The notes beneath the pieces were generated by a model. The model ran no database searches. It was not told where the DNA came from and saw nothing but the letters and a program-made list of their open reading frames with translations. The translations under genes and the position numbers were made by a program. Below, piece by piece: positions 16,798 through 26,738 of a stretch of 64,000 bases of DNA. Every line of letters begins with the position of its first letter. The first letter of the stretch is position 1. Source of the stretch: Pelotomaculum sp. (GTDB taxonomy: Bacteria; Bacillota; Desulfotomaculia; Desulfotomaculales; Pelotomaculaceae); the NCBI GenBank assembly GCA_018435055.1, contig JAHDOA010000007.1:31853-95852 (forward strand), in the 5' to 3' direction.

Positions 16798-18543
16798 CTA
16801 AATCTTCAGGTTGGAAATGGCCTCCTGCATCTGATTGACAAATTCGTCCACCGTCTTGGCTGCGGTAGTGAACCTTTCTACCAGCGCAGTTTGTTCCCCG
16901 GTAGCCTGGTTTACAGCGCTAATCCCATCCATCACCTGCTGTGAATGGCTGATAATCTCTTTTACCATAACGATCATATTATTGAGGTCTGCCAGCAGCG
17001 ACTTAACGGACTGGGAAGCCCCGCTGGCCGCGCTATACCCCTCGGTCACTATTTTCTGGTCATCCTCCAGGCTGGCTGACGCCTGGCGGGCATGCTGCAG
17101 CGCCTTTTCAAACAGACTGTATATTCCCTTGGTAGCATTGGCGGCATCCTGCGAACGCTTTTGTATTTCAGCCGCCAGCGCAGTAAAGTTGGACTCTTCC
17201 CCGGCTATAGCTTCAGCCGCCCCCGCAATCTCCGTTTGGGTCTTGGCTTTATTGCTGTTGGCGATAAAGCTTTTCATTTCAGTAACCGCCTTCTGGGCCA
17301 GGAGATTAGCCTGATCAGCGATCAGTGCGATAAATTGTATTATGTCGCCTATCTTTTCCAGATGGGACTCAAGTTCTTTAACCGATTCACTGGTGCGCAG
17401 CATGGCTACACTGCTTGATTTCATCTGTTTCAAAAATTTCTCCAGGGTTTCCTCAGCGCGCGCCAGGCTTTCAGCAGTTTTCTCTGAAGCGTTGATTACC
17501 GCTTCAGAGCTGGACTCCATCTTGCTTGCAGTTTCAGAAAGCTGGCTCATTTTCGTCACAGCGGCATTAGATGTGTCGGCTGCTTTCTTGATGCTGACCT
17601 GCAATTCGCTTGTATACTCGGCGGCGCTTGCCACCGAATGGTTCATTCTCTCGCCCAGATCACGCAGTTTATTGACCATGTTGCCAAACGACCGGATCAG
17701 ACTGCCGAGTTCGTCCTTGGACGAAGTTTCCAGATTTATGGCTGTAAAATCCCACCCGGCGATACGGTCTGCTTCTATCTCCAGCCTTTTAACAGTGTCT
17801 GTAATCCGGTTTGAAATATATATGATCAAAATAATCAAGGCGATGGTGAGGACAGCGCCTCCACCAAGGATTTGCCCCCTGGCCACGGCGAGCTGCCTGT
17901 TGGTTTCAACCATGGAGAAACCGACCCGGAACCCCCCCCAGTGGCGACCATTGACATAAATCGGAGAGGATATGTCCCACATGGTTTCACCCGTGTCGCC
18001 CCTTTTATACACCTGCAGCAGGTATGGTTCGGTGTTCTGTGAAGAGGCCAGTCCTACCGCATCATTAAATATGCGTTTGCTGCGGGCCGGGTTGTCGCCT
18101 ATCCCGCCGGGCTCGAAGACACCGCTCTTGGGATAAACATTGTTATGGGTGGGGACGTAACCGTTGATATCCTGCGATACCGCGTATATAACCACTTGAT
18201 CGTTAAGAAACGGGTCCTGTACCCTGCTTAAATTTATGTCAGTAAAGGAGTCAAACATGGTATGGTATTTTTGCGGGCTGGTATTCGTGATGGGTATATA
18301 ATTTGTGTCAAAGATCTGTTCTTCGGCCATCACACCGTGGCCAATAGCGTCCGACATTATTTTACCTGAAGTCGCCGCGCCTGTCTGAGCCAGTATGATG
18401 CCTCTTTCGAGCAGGGCGTTGCGCAGCGTGTTGGACTGCCGGTAAAGGTCATAAGCTAAAAAGCCTACAAGCATGGGCAGTATTACGCTGATTATAATAA
18501 TACTGTTTTTAAGTTTAAGGGATTTTACAGCAAATTTCTGCAC
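16798..18543 (-). CDS. methyl-accepting chemotaxis-like protein (TM-sensor-TM-HAMP-degenerate signalling domain)
   Basis: two TM helices, HAMP (SKDELGSLIRSFGNMV), IADQANLLA...FTALAAEI. Confidence 0.82.
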   Translation of the reverse strand: MQKFAVKSLKLKNSIIIISVILPMLVGFLAYDLYRQSNTLRNALLERGIILAQTGAATSGKIMSDAIGHGVMAEEQIFDTNYIPITNTSPQKYHTMFDSFTDINLSRVQDPFLNDQVVIYAVSQDINGYVPTHNNVYPKSGVFEPGGIGDNPARSKRIFNDAVGLASSQNTEPYLLQVYKRGDTGETMWDISSPIYVNGRHWGGFRVGFSMVETNRQLAVARGQILGGGAVLTIALIILIIYISNRITDTVKRLEIEADRIAGWDFTAINLETSSKDELGSLIRSFGNMVNKLRDLGERMNHSVASAAEYTSELQVSIKKAADTSNAAVTKMSQLSETASKMESSSEAVINASEKTAESLARAEETLEKFLKQMKSSSVAMLRTSESVKELESHLEKIGDIIQFIALIADQANLLAQKAVTEMKSFIANSNKAKTQTEIAGAAEAIAGEESNFTALAAEIQKRSQDAANATKGIYSLFEKALQHARQASASLEDDQKIVTEGYSAASGASQSVKSLLADLNNMIVMVKEIISHSQQVMDGISAVNQATGEQTALVERFTTAAKTVDEFVNQMQEAISNLKI

Positions 18544-18578
18544 CGGAAAACTCACCCCTTTTTTACTTGTAGGTTAAT

Positions 18579-18606
18579 TATTCGATTTTTTAAGTAAATA
18601 TCCTGC
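18579..18606 (-). promoter_or_regulatory. SigH-like promoter for the MCP gene
   Basis: GCAGGATAT-N12-TCGAATA. Confidence 0.6.
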
Positions 18607-18754
18607 CAAATAAAATCTTACGGGGGTCGTAATAAAAAAAGTCACGGGACACGGAGCGCAAGCAAGGTGAAGTCTTAAGGTCCTTGTAACCTAAAACAAC
18701 ACTTTTTTGCACTCGCCCCGCTGCCTGTGACCTGTGAAAAATCCACCCAATCAT

Positions 18755-19459
18755 CTATATACCGAGGTATGCCTCTTTAATATGCTCGTCATTCAACAGC
18801 TCCTCGCCGGTACCTTGCGTGTAGATCTTGCCGTTTTCCAGAACGTAGGCACGGTGACACATCTTTAAAGTCTGCACAACATTCTGTTCAACCTGCAACA
18901 CAGTAACACCTTCGTTGTTAATTTCCTTGATATTGTCAAAAATTTGCGTTACCAGCACCGGGGCCAGCCCCAGCGACGGTTCATCCAGGATCAGGAGCTT
19001 GGGCAGCGCCATCAGCCCCCTGCCGAGAGCCAGCATCTGCTGCTGGCCGCCGGAGAGCGTTCCCGCTTCTTTATTCTGTTTTTCCTCCAGAATGGGAAAC
19101 TGCTCAAATATTTTTTTCATGGTTTCCTTCCTCTTAGCCTTAGCCTCAGGAAAAAGAGATCCCATTTCCAGGTTTTCACGCACAGTCATCTCGGGGAAAA
19201 GCCGCCTGCCCTCCGGCACGTGGATAATGCCCAATTCCGCGATTTTATACCCCGGCAGTTGAGTTATATCCTTCCCCAGAAATTCAATCGCACCCTTTTT
19301 TACTTTCAGCAGGCCGGAGATAGCGTTCAAAGTGGTAGTCTTACCAGCGCCGTTGGCGCCGAGGAGCGCCACAAACTCACCCTGGTTTACCTCAAAGGAA
19401 ATATCCCATAACACCTGTACGTCTTTATAAGCCACATCAATGTTTGTTACTCTAAGCAT
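18755..19459 (-). CDS. livF: Liv-type ABC transporter ATPase (LivF)
   Basis: GANGAGKT, LSGGQQQM, LDEPSLGLAP. Confidence 0.92.
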   Translation of the reverse strand: MLRVTNIDVAYKDVQVLWDISFEVNQGEFVALLGANGAGKTTTLNAISGLLKVKKGAIEFLGKDITQLPGYKIAELGIIHVPEGRRLFPEMTVRENLEMGSLFPEAKAKRKETMKKIFEQFPILEEKQNKEAGTLSGGQQQMLALGRGLMALPKLLILDEPSLGLAPVLVTQIFDNIKEINNEGVTVLQVEQNVVQTLKMCHRAYVLENGKIYTQGTGEELLNDEHIKEAYLGI

Positions 19460-20171
19460 AGGCCTCTCCTAAATATGCTTTAATTACCTCAGGGTGGTTG
19501 GCCACTTCCTGCGGTTTTCCCATAGCTATTTCCTTCCCGAAATTGATCGCCAGGATCCGGTCGGAGATACCCATCATCACCTTCATGATGTGTTCAATAA
19601 TAATAATGGTAATTCCCGTATCCCGAATGCGCCTGATCAGCTCAATGGCCGCCTCGGACTCCTTGGGGTTGAGGCCCGCGCAGGTTTCGTCAAGCAGGAG
19701 CAACTGGGGCTCCGTGGCCAGCGCCCTGGCTATTTCCAGCCGCTTGCGCAGAGGGATGGGCAGTCCTTTGGATGCCCGGAACTTATAATTCTCCAGGTTG
19801 CAGAAATTAATAATTTCTTCCGCCTTTTGCCTGGCCTTGCTGATGCTGCCCGTGCGCAGGAATGCGCCCGCCATCACATTTTCCTGAACGGTCATGCGTC
19901 TTAAAGGTTTAACCACCTGAAACGTCCTGCCTATACCTATTTTGCATATTTCGTGGGCCGGCAGCGTGTCAATCCTTTTGTCGTTAAAATAGATTTCACC
20001 CGCCGTAATCGGAAAGAAACGGCTGATCATATTGAACACGGTAGTTTTTCCAGAACCGTTCGGTCCGATAATGCCAAATATTTCCCCCTTGTTTACAGTA
20101 AAGGTTAAGTCATTGACAGCTGTCAGGCCGCCAAATCTCTTGGTTATCCCCCTGGTTTCAAAAATACTCAT
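19452..20171 (-). CDS. livG: Liv-type ABC transporter ATPase (LivG)
   Basis: KRFGGLTAV, GPNGSGKT, LDETCAGLNP. Confidence 0.92.
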   Translation of the reverse strand: MSIFETRGITKRFGGLTAVNDLTFTVNKGEIFGIIGPNGSGKTTVFNMISRFFPITAGEIYFNDKRIDTLPAHEICKIGIGRTFQVVKPLRRMTVQENVMAGAFLRTGSISKARQKAEEIINFCNLENYKFRASKGLPIPLRKRLEIARALATEPQLLLLDETCAGLNPKESEAAIELIRRIRDTGITIIIIEHIMKVMMGISDRILAINFGKEIAMGKPQEVANHPEVIKAYLGEAYA

Positions 20172-21128
20172 CTACACACCCCCGGACAAGCCAGCTTTTT
20201 TCCGCTGGGCAATACGTTTTATTATATCCAGCTCTCCCGCGATGCCGTTGGGCAGGAACATAATAATGAGACAAACGAGCACGCCAAACACCAGCACGTT
20301 GGCCGACCCAAGGGTGGTACGGAACAGTTCGCCCATGATAATGTACAGCGCCGCGCCGATGGTCGGTCCCCAGGTCGTGGCTACACCGCCGAGCATAACC
20401 ACCAGGATCACCATGATCGATATATTTGTCAGGTTGAACACGATGTTAGGGTCGATAAAGGCGACATAATTCATATAAAAAGCGCCCGCCAGGCCGGTGA
20501 AAAAAGCGCTCGGCAACAGGGCCAGGTTTTTATAAAGCGTGGTGGGTATGCCCAGGGAGGTAGCCGCGTCCTGGTCCTCTCTGATGGAAACCAGGTAATA
20601 GCCGATCTTGGAGTGCACGATCAGGTATGTCACCAGCAGGGTGACTGCCAGCATGCCCAGCCCGGCGTAATAATAAATGATTTTTGACGTGATCGAGGGC
20701 ATGATCAAAATTCCCTTGGCTCCGTTTGTAAATTCTGTCATATTCAAAAATACCAGCCGGAATATCTCACCCAGCGCCAGGGTGGCCAGAGCAAAATACG
20801 GCCCCCTTAAACGGAAAGCAATGGCGCCGATGGGCAAAGCTATTAACATGGACATCACCGGACCCAGGATTAACCCCCACCAGGGAGAAAGACTATAGTG
20901 CAGGGTCAAAATGCCGGCAGAGTAAGCGCCTACGCCAAAGAAAGCGGCATGACCGAACGAAACCTGCCCCGCATAACCGCTGAGAAGATTCCAAGCAGTG
21001 CCGATAGTCGCCCAAATTAAGACCAGGATCAGAATGTGCTGCTGGTAAGGCGCATTAATAACCAGCGGCAATACAAGTGCGATTAGAGCAAAAACAATTG
21101 TCATCAACATATTTTTTTTGTTTAACAT
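20172..21128 (-). CDS. livM: Liv-type ABC permease (LivM)
   Basis: GYAGQVSFGH, RLRGPYFALATL, SIREDQDAA. Confidence 0.9.
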   Translation of the reverse strand: MLNKKNMLMTIVFALIALVLPLVINAPYQQHILILVLIWATIGTAWNLLSGYAGQVSFGHAAFFGVGAYSAGILTLHYSLSPWWGLILGPVMSMLIALPIGAIAFRLRGPYFALATLALGEIFRLVFLNMTEFTNGAKGILIMPSITSKIIYYYAGLGMLAVTLLVTYLIVHSKIGYYLVSIREDQDAATSLGIPTTLYKNLALLPSAFFTGLAGAFYMNYVAFIDPNIVFNLTNISIMVILVVMLGGVATTWGPTIGAALYIIMGELFRTTLGSANVLVFGVLVCLIIMFLPNGIAGELDIIKRIAQRKKAGLSGGV

Positions 21129-21135
21129 GTTTTTA

Positions 21136-22023
21136 TCACCTCTTCACTAAACTCCTTATACCACCCGGCAGGAACAAAAGCACCAGTATAAACATCACCA
21201 ATCCGACCACGTCTTTATAGCCCATGGATATATAGGTGGCGCCGAGAGACTCCGAAAGCCCGATGACCAGCCCGCCGATAGCGGCGCCCCAGGTGCTGCC
21301 CAAACCGCCGAGGATGGTAATGATAAAGGATTTAGCCGTAAACAGGTGTCCTACATCCGGGAAAAGGTAAAACAGCGGCAGGAGGAGCGAGCCGCCGGCA
21401 GCGGCCAGGGCCGCGCCCAGGCCAAATGTGATCATGGTGATTTTTGAGGAGTTAACACCCATAAAAACAGCGGCGTCCCGGTCCTGCGAAGTCGCCCTGA
21501 TTGACTTGCCGAGATCTGTTTTAGTCAGGAACATGTGTAAAAGGAACGTGAAAGTCATAGCGATGATGAACCCGATCACCAGCGGCACGCTTATCGACAT
21601 GTCGCCAAGAAAAACTGTGTTCGAGGAATAGCTGGTGACAACCGAGCGGTAGTCGGATTTAAAAAACAGACGGATACCTTCTGTTAAAACCAGCATGATG
21701 CCGACCGTGAGCAGCACCTGGTTTTCAGGCAAAATGGAATCCACCTCAACCAACCGGTTAATCATATACTTTTGAATAAGGCAACCCAGCAAAAACAATA
21801 CCGGCATGGCTATAAACATGCCAATATACGGGTCAATGCCATAATTTGTGGAACAGATATAGGTCACATACATTCCTACCATTACCAGGGCGCCGTGCGC
21901 CAGGTTGATGATCTTCATCACACCCATGATCAAGGTCATCCCAATGGCGATCAGCGAGTACATGCCGCCAAGCAGTATACCGCATATTACCGTCTGGCCG
22001 AATTTAATCCAAGCGTCTTCCAA
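21136..22023 (-). CDS. livH: Liv-type ABC permease (LivH)
   Basis: GVMKIINLAHG, TDLGKSIRA, ILGGLGS. Confidence 0.9.
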   Translation of the reverse strand: MEDAWIKFGQTVICGILLGGMYSLIAIGMTLIMGVMKIINLAHGALVMVGMYVTYICSTNYGIDPYIGMFIAMPVLFLLGCLIQKYMINRLVEVDSILPENQVLLTVGIMLVLTEGIRLFFKSDYRSVVTSYSSNTVFLGDMSISVPLVIGFIIAMTFTFLLHMFLTKTDLGKSIRATSQDRDAAVFMGVNSSKITMITFGLGAALAAAGGSLLLPLFYLFPDVGHLFTAKSFIITILGGLGSTWGAAIGGLVIGLSESLGATYISMGYKDVVGLVMFILVLLFLPGGIRSLVKR

Positions 22024-22076
22024 AGTTTACCCCACCTCCGTTATGCAAAAAAGCAAAAAGCGTTTTTTGGGCCACA

Positions 22077-22104
22077 AACGGAAGGAGCGTTAGCTCCTTC
22101 CGTT
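22077..22104. other. 12-bp intergenic stem-loop between livK and livH (partial terminator or mRNA stabiliser)
   Basis: AACGGAAGGAGC-GTTA-GCTCCTTCCGTT. Confidence 0.65.
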
Positions 22105-22133
22105 CTGCCGAATATTAATTTAATACCTGAGTG

Positions 22134-23351
22134 TTATCTCTCGCTCCATTTCGGGACAGGGTAAACATAGCTGGCCGATTTAACGTCTTCCGGCCATATA
22201 ACTTCCAGTTTCCCTTTTGACCACTGGACAACATAGGTATTGGGCTTGTTCTGGTTGGTGAAGCCGTCCCAGTCCTCAAACTTGATCGGCCCCATGATGG
22301 TCTGGATGTCAGCCTGCTTCAGAGCCTTCTGAATGCCCGCGTTGGTCAGGTCGGTAGCCCTGCCCAGGGCGTCGGCTATTACATACATCGTGGCATATGC
22401 CTGCGCGCCGTGGTAATCAGGCTCTTTCCCAAACTTCTGCTTGTATTTTTCAAAATAGTCCTTCGCGCCCGGCCAGGTCACGTTCGGCACCCACAGACTG
22501 GTAGAAGCGACAAAGTCCGAAGCAGCTCCGGCGTTTTGGTAGAACTCAGGCATGGTGTAACCCGCGCCGTTGCCGACAAAAAGCTTGGTGTTGAAATCAA
22601 GCTCCTTCATCTGTTTCACGATCATGGAAGCGTCCATGACATAGGAAGTCGCGAATATCATATCCGGGTTGGTGCTTCTTAGGTTGGCCAGCATCGGCTT
22701 GAAATCGATGGCGCCGTGCTCGTAAGCCTGGTCAAAAACAATATTGATGCCTCTCTTTTGGCATTCTGTGCGGAAGCCTTTGGATGAAGATGTGCCAAAA
22801 TCCGTGTTTTCAAAAATGATGGCCACGCTTTGCGGATCGACCACTTTTTCCATCATATCCCAAAAAGCGCCGGTGTACTTGCTGGCTGGCGCCGCGGTCC
22901 CCCTGAAAACGTAGTTCCAGCCCTGCTTGGTAATGTCGTCGGATGAACCGGTGACAATAAGGAAAGGTACGTTCGCGTTCTGGGCCGAACCGGCTATCAC
23001 GTTGGTGCAGGCGCTGCTGTAGCCGCCGCTGAGCATGGCGACCTTGTCCTGGTTGACTAGCTTTTCAGTTGCGGACCTGGCCACGTCCTGTTTGCCCTGA
23101 TCGTCCTCGTACATCAGCTTAATCTCTTTACCGCCGACAGTGGTTTTACCGGCAGCCTTCAGCTCTTCATAAGCCATCTCAAAAGAATTTTTTTCCATCT
23201 CGCCAAACATGGCCTCACTGCCGGTTAGCGGCAATATTACCCCGACCTTTACTGTTGTATCTGAACTACCGTCGCCACCGCAACCGGTAGTAACGAGCGC
23301 CAGAAAAGTTACAAGGAGTAATACAGTTAAGACCTTCCTGTACTTTTTCAC
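22134..23351 (-). CDS. Liv-type ABC substrate-binding lipoprotein
   Basis: lipobox VTTGC, VKVGVILPLTG, YEDDQG; GTG at 23351 has a GAGGGGG RBS. Confidence 0.9.
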   Translation of the reverse strand: MKKYRKVLTVLLLVTFLALVTTGCGGDGSSDTTVKVGVILPLTGSEAMFGEMEKNSFEMAYEELKAAGKTTVGGKEIKLMYEDDQGKQDVARSATEKLVNQDKVAMLSGGYSSACTNVIAGSAQNANVPFLIVTGSSDDITKQGWNYVFRGTAAPASKYTGAFWDMMEKVVDPQSVAIIFENTDFGTSSSKGFRTECQKRGINIVFDQAYEHGAIDFKPMLANLRSTNPDMIFATSYVMDASMIVKQMKELDFNTKLFVGNGAGYTMPEFYQNAGAASDFVASTSLWVPNVTWPGAKDYFEKYKQKFGKEPDYHGAQAYATMYVIADALGRATDLTNAGIQKALKQADIQTIMGPIKFEDWDGFTNQNKPNTYVVQWSKGKLEVIWPEDVKSASYVYPVPKWSER

Positions 23352-23555
23352 TAAAATCCCCCTCATTAAATGAATTTTTTTGACCATAAAAATTCAAATA
23401 TTAATAGCTCCACACCAGTTCCTCACCCACAAACAGCATAACTAATTACTACTGTTTTGGATCACCTCCTATTAATATTTATATTAATGTGAACCCAAAA
23501 TAATATCTAGCTAGTTGCCTATACTGTTTAATGTTTAATGGCTATAAACACTTAA

Positions 23556-23569
23556 TATTGTATACAATA
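23556..23569. promoter_or_regulatory. palindromic operator (GntR/FadR-like TTGTATACAA core) upstream of the Liv operon
   Basis: perfect TATTGTATACAATA, downstream of an extended -10 (TGtTATAAT, 23606-23598, minus strand). Confidence 0.55.
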
Positions 23570-23829
23570 GCCATCCTTTCGCGTTTTTAACATTATTATT
23601 ATAACATATTAATTATCCAGTCCGTTAATAAAATCACCTATTTTATATGTATTTTGCAATGTATATTGAATACTTGGATACAAGGATACAGTAATACAGT
23701 ATAGCAAATTCATTAGTGTGACATATCCTTAAAGATGCCAAACATATCAAGGGGACAGCTCTCCCGGTACGATCATTATTTATGGAGATATGGAGGACAG
23801 ACTTGCGGCGACATTCTGCCCACACCCTC

Positions 23830-25209
23830 CTAGCCAACCATGATTTTTTCCTCAGGATAGCGCAGGTGTGACTTTTGTTTGGCCCTGGCCATAGCGAAAG
23901 CCAGGGTCAAGGGGCCCAGCCTGCCCAGGAACATGGTCATAATGATCAATATCCGGCCAAACGTGGTGAGATGGGTTGTTATACCCATAGTTAGGCCCAC
24001 TGTGCCGAAAGCTGATGTCGTTTCAAATAATAACGCCAGAAAATCAGCTTTTTCCGTAATTGTCAGCAACAGTGTCACCATAGTTACAAGACCGCCGGCA
24101 AGGAGAAGGATGGCCAGGGATTTGTATACCTGGTGTTGTCCAATCCGGCGCTGAAAAATCTCTGTATTTTCCTTTCCCCTGATTATGCACCAGACAGAAA
24201 CTACCAGGGCGCCAAAGGTGGTGGTCTTGATACCCCCGCCGGTAGAACCGGGGGAGGCGCCGATAAACATTAGAATAACTATTAAAAACTGGGTAGCAGA
24301 GTGCAGCGCTCCGATGTCAAGTGTATTGTATCCCGCTGTCCTGGGCGTGACTGCCTGGAAGTAAGAGGCCAGGACCTTGCCCGGCAGGCTCAGGCCCTGC
24401 AGGGTGTTGTTATATTCGAGAAGATAGAACATAATTGTGCCGGTTAAAATTAAGAAACCACTGACGGAAAGGACCAGTTTCGTGTGCAGCTGCAGGCGGC
24501 CTGATACCTTAAAATATTTGGCAACATCGACAATAACACTAAAACCTATGCCACCCAGGATGATCAGTGTGGTGACACAGATAGTAACTGTGGCGTCACT
24601 GGCGTAAGCGGTCAGGCTCTTGAACCCGCCAAAAAGATCAAAGCCGGCGTTATTAAAGGAAGATATGGAATGGAAAAGGCCAAACCACAGGCCCTTCTGC
24701 CAGCCCAGGTCATATGACCAGCGCAGCGAGAGAATAGCAGCAAAACTCAGTTCAGTTACAAAAGTAAAGAAAAGGACATGCCTGGCCAGCCTGACAATTC
24801 CGGCCAGGCTGGTATAATTCATGGATTCCTGGATAATGAGCCGCTGTTTCAAACCGATGCGGCGGCCTAAAAGCATATATAAAAATGTCGCCATGGTCAT
24901 AAAACCCAGGCCGCCAACCTGGATTAAGGCCAGAATCACTATATGCCCGAAGGTAGTCCAGTGCGTCCCCGTGTCCACCACTACCAGGCCGGTTACACAA
25001 ACGGCGGAGGTCGCCGTAAAAAGAGATGTTAAAAAATTTATATCTTTCCCGGGCTGCACAGCCAAAGGCAGTGACAGTAAAACGGCGCCGAGAAAAATAA
25101 TCGCGGCAAAACCGAGGACCAGAACCTGCGCAGGAGTTGCCCGCAGCGCAAATTTTTTTTCTGCGTCGGTTCCCAAGAGGGTGTACTCTTCTCCGTCTTC
25201 TATTTCCAT
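23830..25209 (-). CDS. TrkH/KtrB potassium channel subunit
   Basis: four filter loops: SAVCVTG, FNNAGF, TPRTAGY, SAFGTVG; MFLGRLG. Confidence 0.93.
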   Translation of the reverse strand: MEIEDGEEYTLLGTDAEKKFALRATPAQVLVLGFAAIIFLGAVLLSLPLAVQPGKDINFLTSLFTATSAVCVTGLVVVDTGTHWTTFGHIVILALIQVGGLGFMTMATFLYMLLGRRIGLKQRLIIQESMNYTSLAGIVRLARHVLFFTFVTELSFAAILSLRWSYDLGWQKGLWFGLFHSISSFNNAGFDLFGGFKSLTAYASDATVTICVTTLIILGGIGFSVIVDVAKYFKVSGRLQLHTKLVLSVSGFLILTGTIMFYLLEYNNTLQGLSLPGKVLASYFQAVTPRTAGYNTLDIGALHSATQFLIVILMFIGASPGSTGGGIKTTTFGALVVSVWCIIRGKENTEIFQRRIGQHQVYKSLAILLLAGGLVTMVTLLLTITEKADFLALLFETTSAFGTVGLTMGITTHLTTFGRILIIMTMFLGRLGPLTLAFAMARAKQKSHLRYPEEKIMVG

Positions 25210-25259
25210 AGTAATTTCTCCCGTAAATCATCATTAATTAAAAACGCAGAATGACGGGG

Positions 25260-26642
25260 TCAGCCTACAATAATATGCTCTTTTACATAATGGTACCTGT
25301 CTTCCGGCTTCCGCCCCCGAAACAAAAACAACAGGGGGATAAACCCGATACGGCCGATAAACATAAGTATAATCAGCACTATCTTGCCCGCAGTAGATAA
25401 ATTTGCGGTTATGCCCATAGAAAGGCCGGTTGTGCCGAAAGCTGAACAAACTTCAAAAAGGATTTCCATGGTTGTGAAATTTTCAATAGAAGAAAGTATA
25501 ATAACAGCAAACGCCATTAGTGTCACTGCGATAAAAAATACCATAAACGCTTTTATAATATCTTCCTGAAAAAGCTCCCGGCGGAATACCTTGACGCTCG
25601 ACTTACCCCTTAAAAACGCCAGCAAAGCAAGTACAAGCACGGCGAAAGTGGTTGTCCGGATGCCGCCGCCGCAGCTGCTTGGCGAGGCCCCGATAAACAT
25701 CAACAGACAAAAAAACAATAGCGTTGAATGGTTATATGCGCTGATATCCACCAGGCTGAAGCCGCCGCTTTTGGTTGTCAGGGACTGAAAAATTGATACT
25801 GTAATCTTTTGATACCAGGGCATCCCGGCCAGTGTGCCGTACTGTTCGGACTGCAGCACAAATATAAAACCAGCCAGAAGCAAAGCTAAGAAGGTGACTG
25901 TAGTTATCTTGGTATAGAGGGAAAACTTTAATTTTCTCTGTCTGCGCCAGGAATTAATGTTGGCGCTGACCTCCAGCAGCACGGGAAAACCGATGGCCCC
26001 CGCCAGCAATAATAAGCCAATAACACTTATTACTACATGGTCATGTTGAAAACCCTGCAAACTGTTGCCAAACAGCTCAAAACCACAGTTTGTAAAACCA
26101 GATATACTGTGAAAAAGACCCGAGCTCAGCGCGCTGAGAAAAGGCGCCTGATAATTACTCATGAAATGCAAGGTCAGGATCAGCGCGGCCAGCAGTTCAA
26201 AAATAACAGCAGCTTTAAAGATGAAAAGTATTAGATAAACCATCCCCTGCAGGGACAGCTGGTTCTGATCGGCGCTGATCATCATGCGCTCCCGCAGTCT
26301 GATTTGGTTCCCCCGCACGACGAAAAGCAGGGTGCCCAGGGCCATAATACCGATACCACCGAACTGCATTAAAAAAGCCAGGATAAACTTGCCGGTCGTG
26401 TTGAAGGTATCATTCGTATCGACGACGGCGAGCCCGGTAACGCTGATCGCGCTGGTGGCTGTAAAAAGGGCGTCAACCAGGCTGAAATCCACTCCCGGCT
26501 GCAGTGAAAAAGGCAAACTTATAAGCGCTGTCCCCAAAATCGCAAACAGCATGTACCCCAGCACAATCAACTGAAATGGGGTTATAGCCAGCTTGTTTCT
26601 TTTTATTCCTCTTAGATATAAACCCTGCTTTTTCAAAAGCAA
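25260..26642 (-). CDS. TrkH/KtrB potassium channel subunit (second paralogue)
   Basis: SAISVTG, FTNCGF, TTKSGGF, SAFGTTG; MFIGRIG. Confidence 0.9.
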   Translation of the reverse strand: MLLKKQGLYLRGIKRNKLAITPFQLIVLGYMLFAILGTALISLPFSLQPGVDFSLVDALFTATSAISVTGLAVVDTNDTFNTTGKFILAFLMQFGGIGIMALGTLLFVVRGNQIRLRERMMISADQNQLSLQGMVYLILFIFKAAVIFELLAALILTLHFMSNYQAPFLSALSSGLFHSISGFTNCGFELFGNSLQGFQHDHVVISVIGLLLLAGAIGFPVLLEVSANINSWRRQRKLKFSLYTKITTVTFLALLLAGFIFVLQSEQYGTLAGMPWYQKITVSIFQSLTTKSGGFSLVDISAYNHSTLLFFCLLMFIGASPSSCGGGIRTTTFAVLVLALLAFLRGKSSVKVFRRELFQEDIIKAFMVFFIAVTLMAFAVIILSSIENFTTMEILFEVCSAFGTTGLSMGITANLSTAGKIVLIILMFIGRIGFIPLLFLFRGRKPEDRYHYVKEHIIVG

Positions 26643-26701
26643 CCCTGCCTATAGAGAACTTATTATCTATTGTTTGCCCCAGTTAAGATATTAAAACAAA
26701 T

Positions 26702-26738
26702 AAAAATCCCGGCAAAAAACCATCAGCAGCCGGGTTTT
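26702..26738 (-). terminator. intrinsic terminator in the trkH leader
   Basis: AAAACCCGGC-loop-GCCGGGATTTTTTATTT, 60 nt before the trkH start. Confidence 0.6.
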
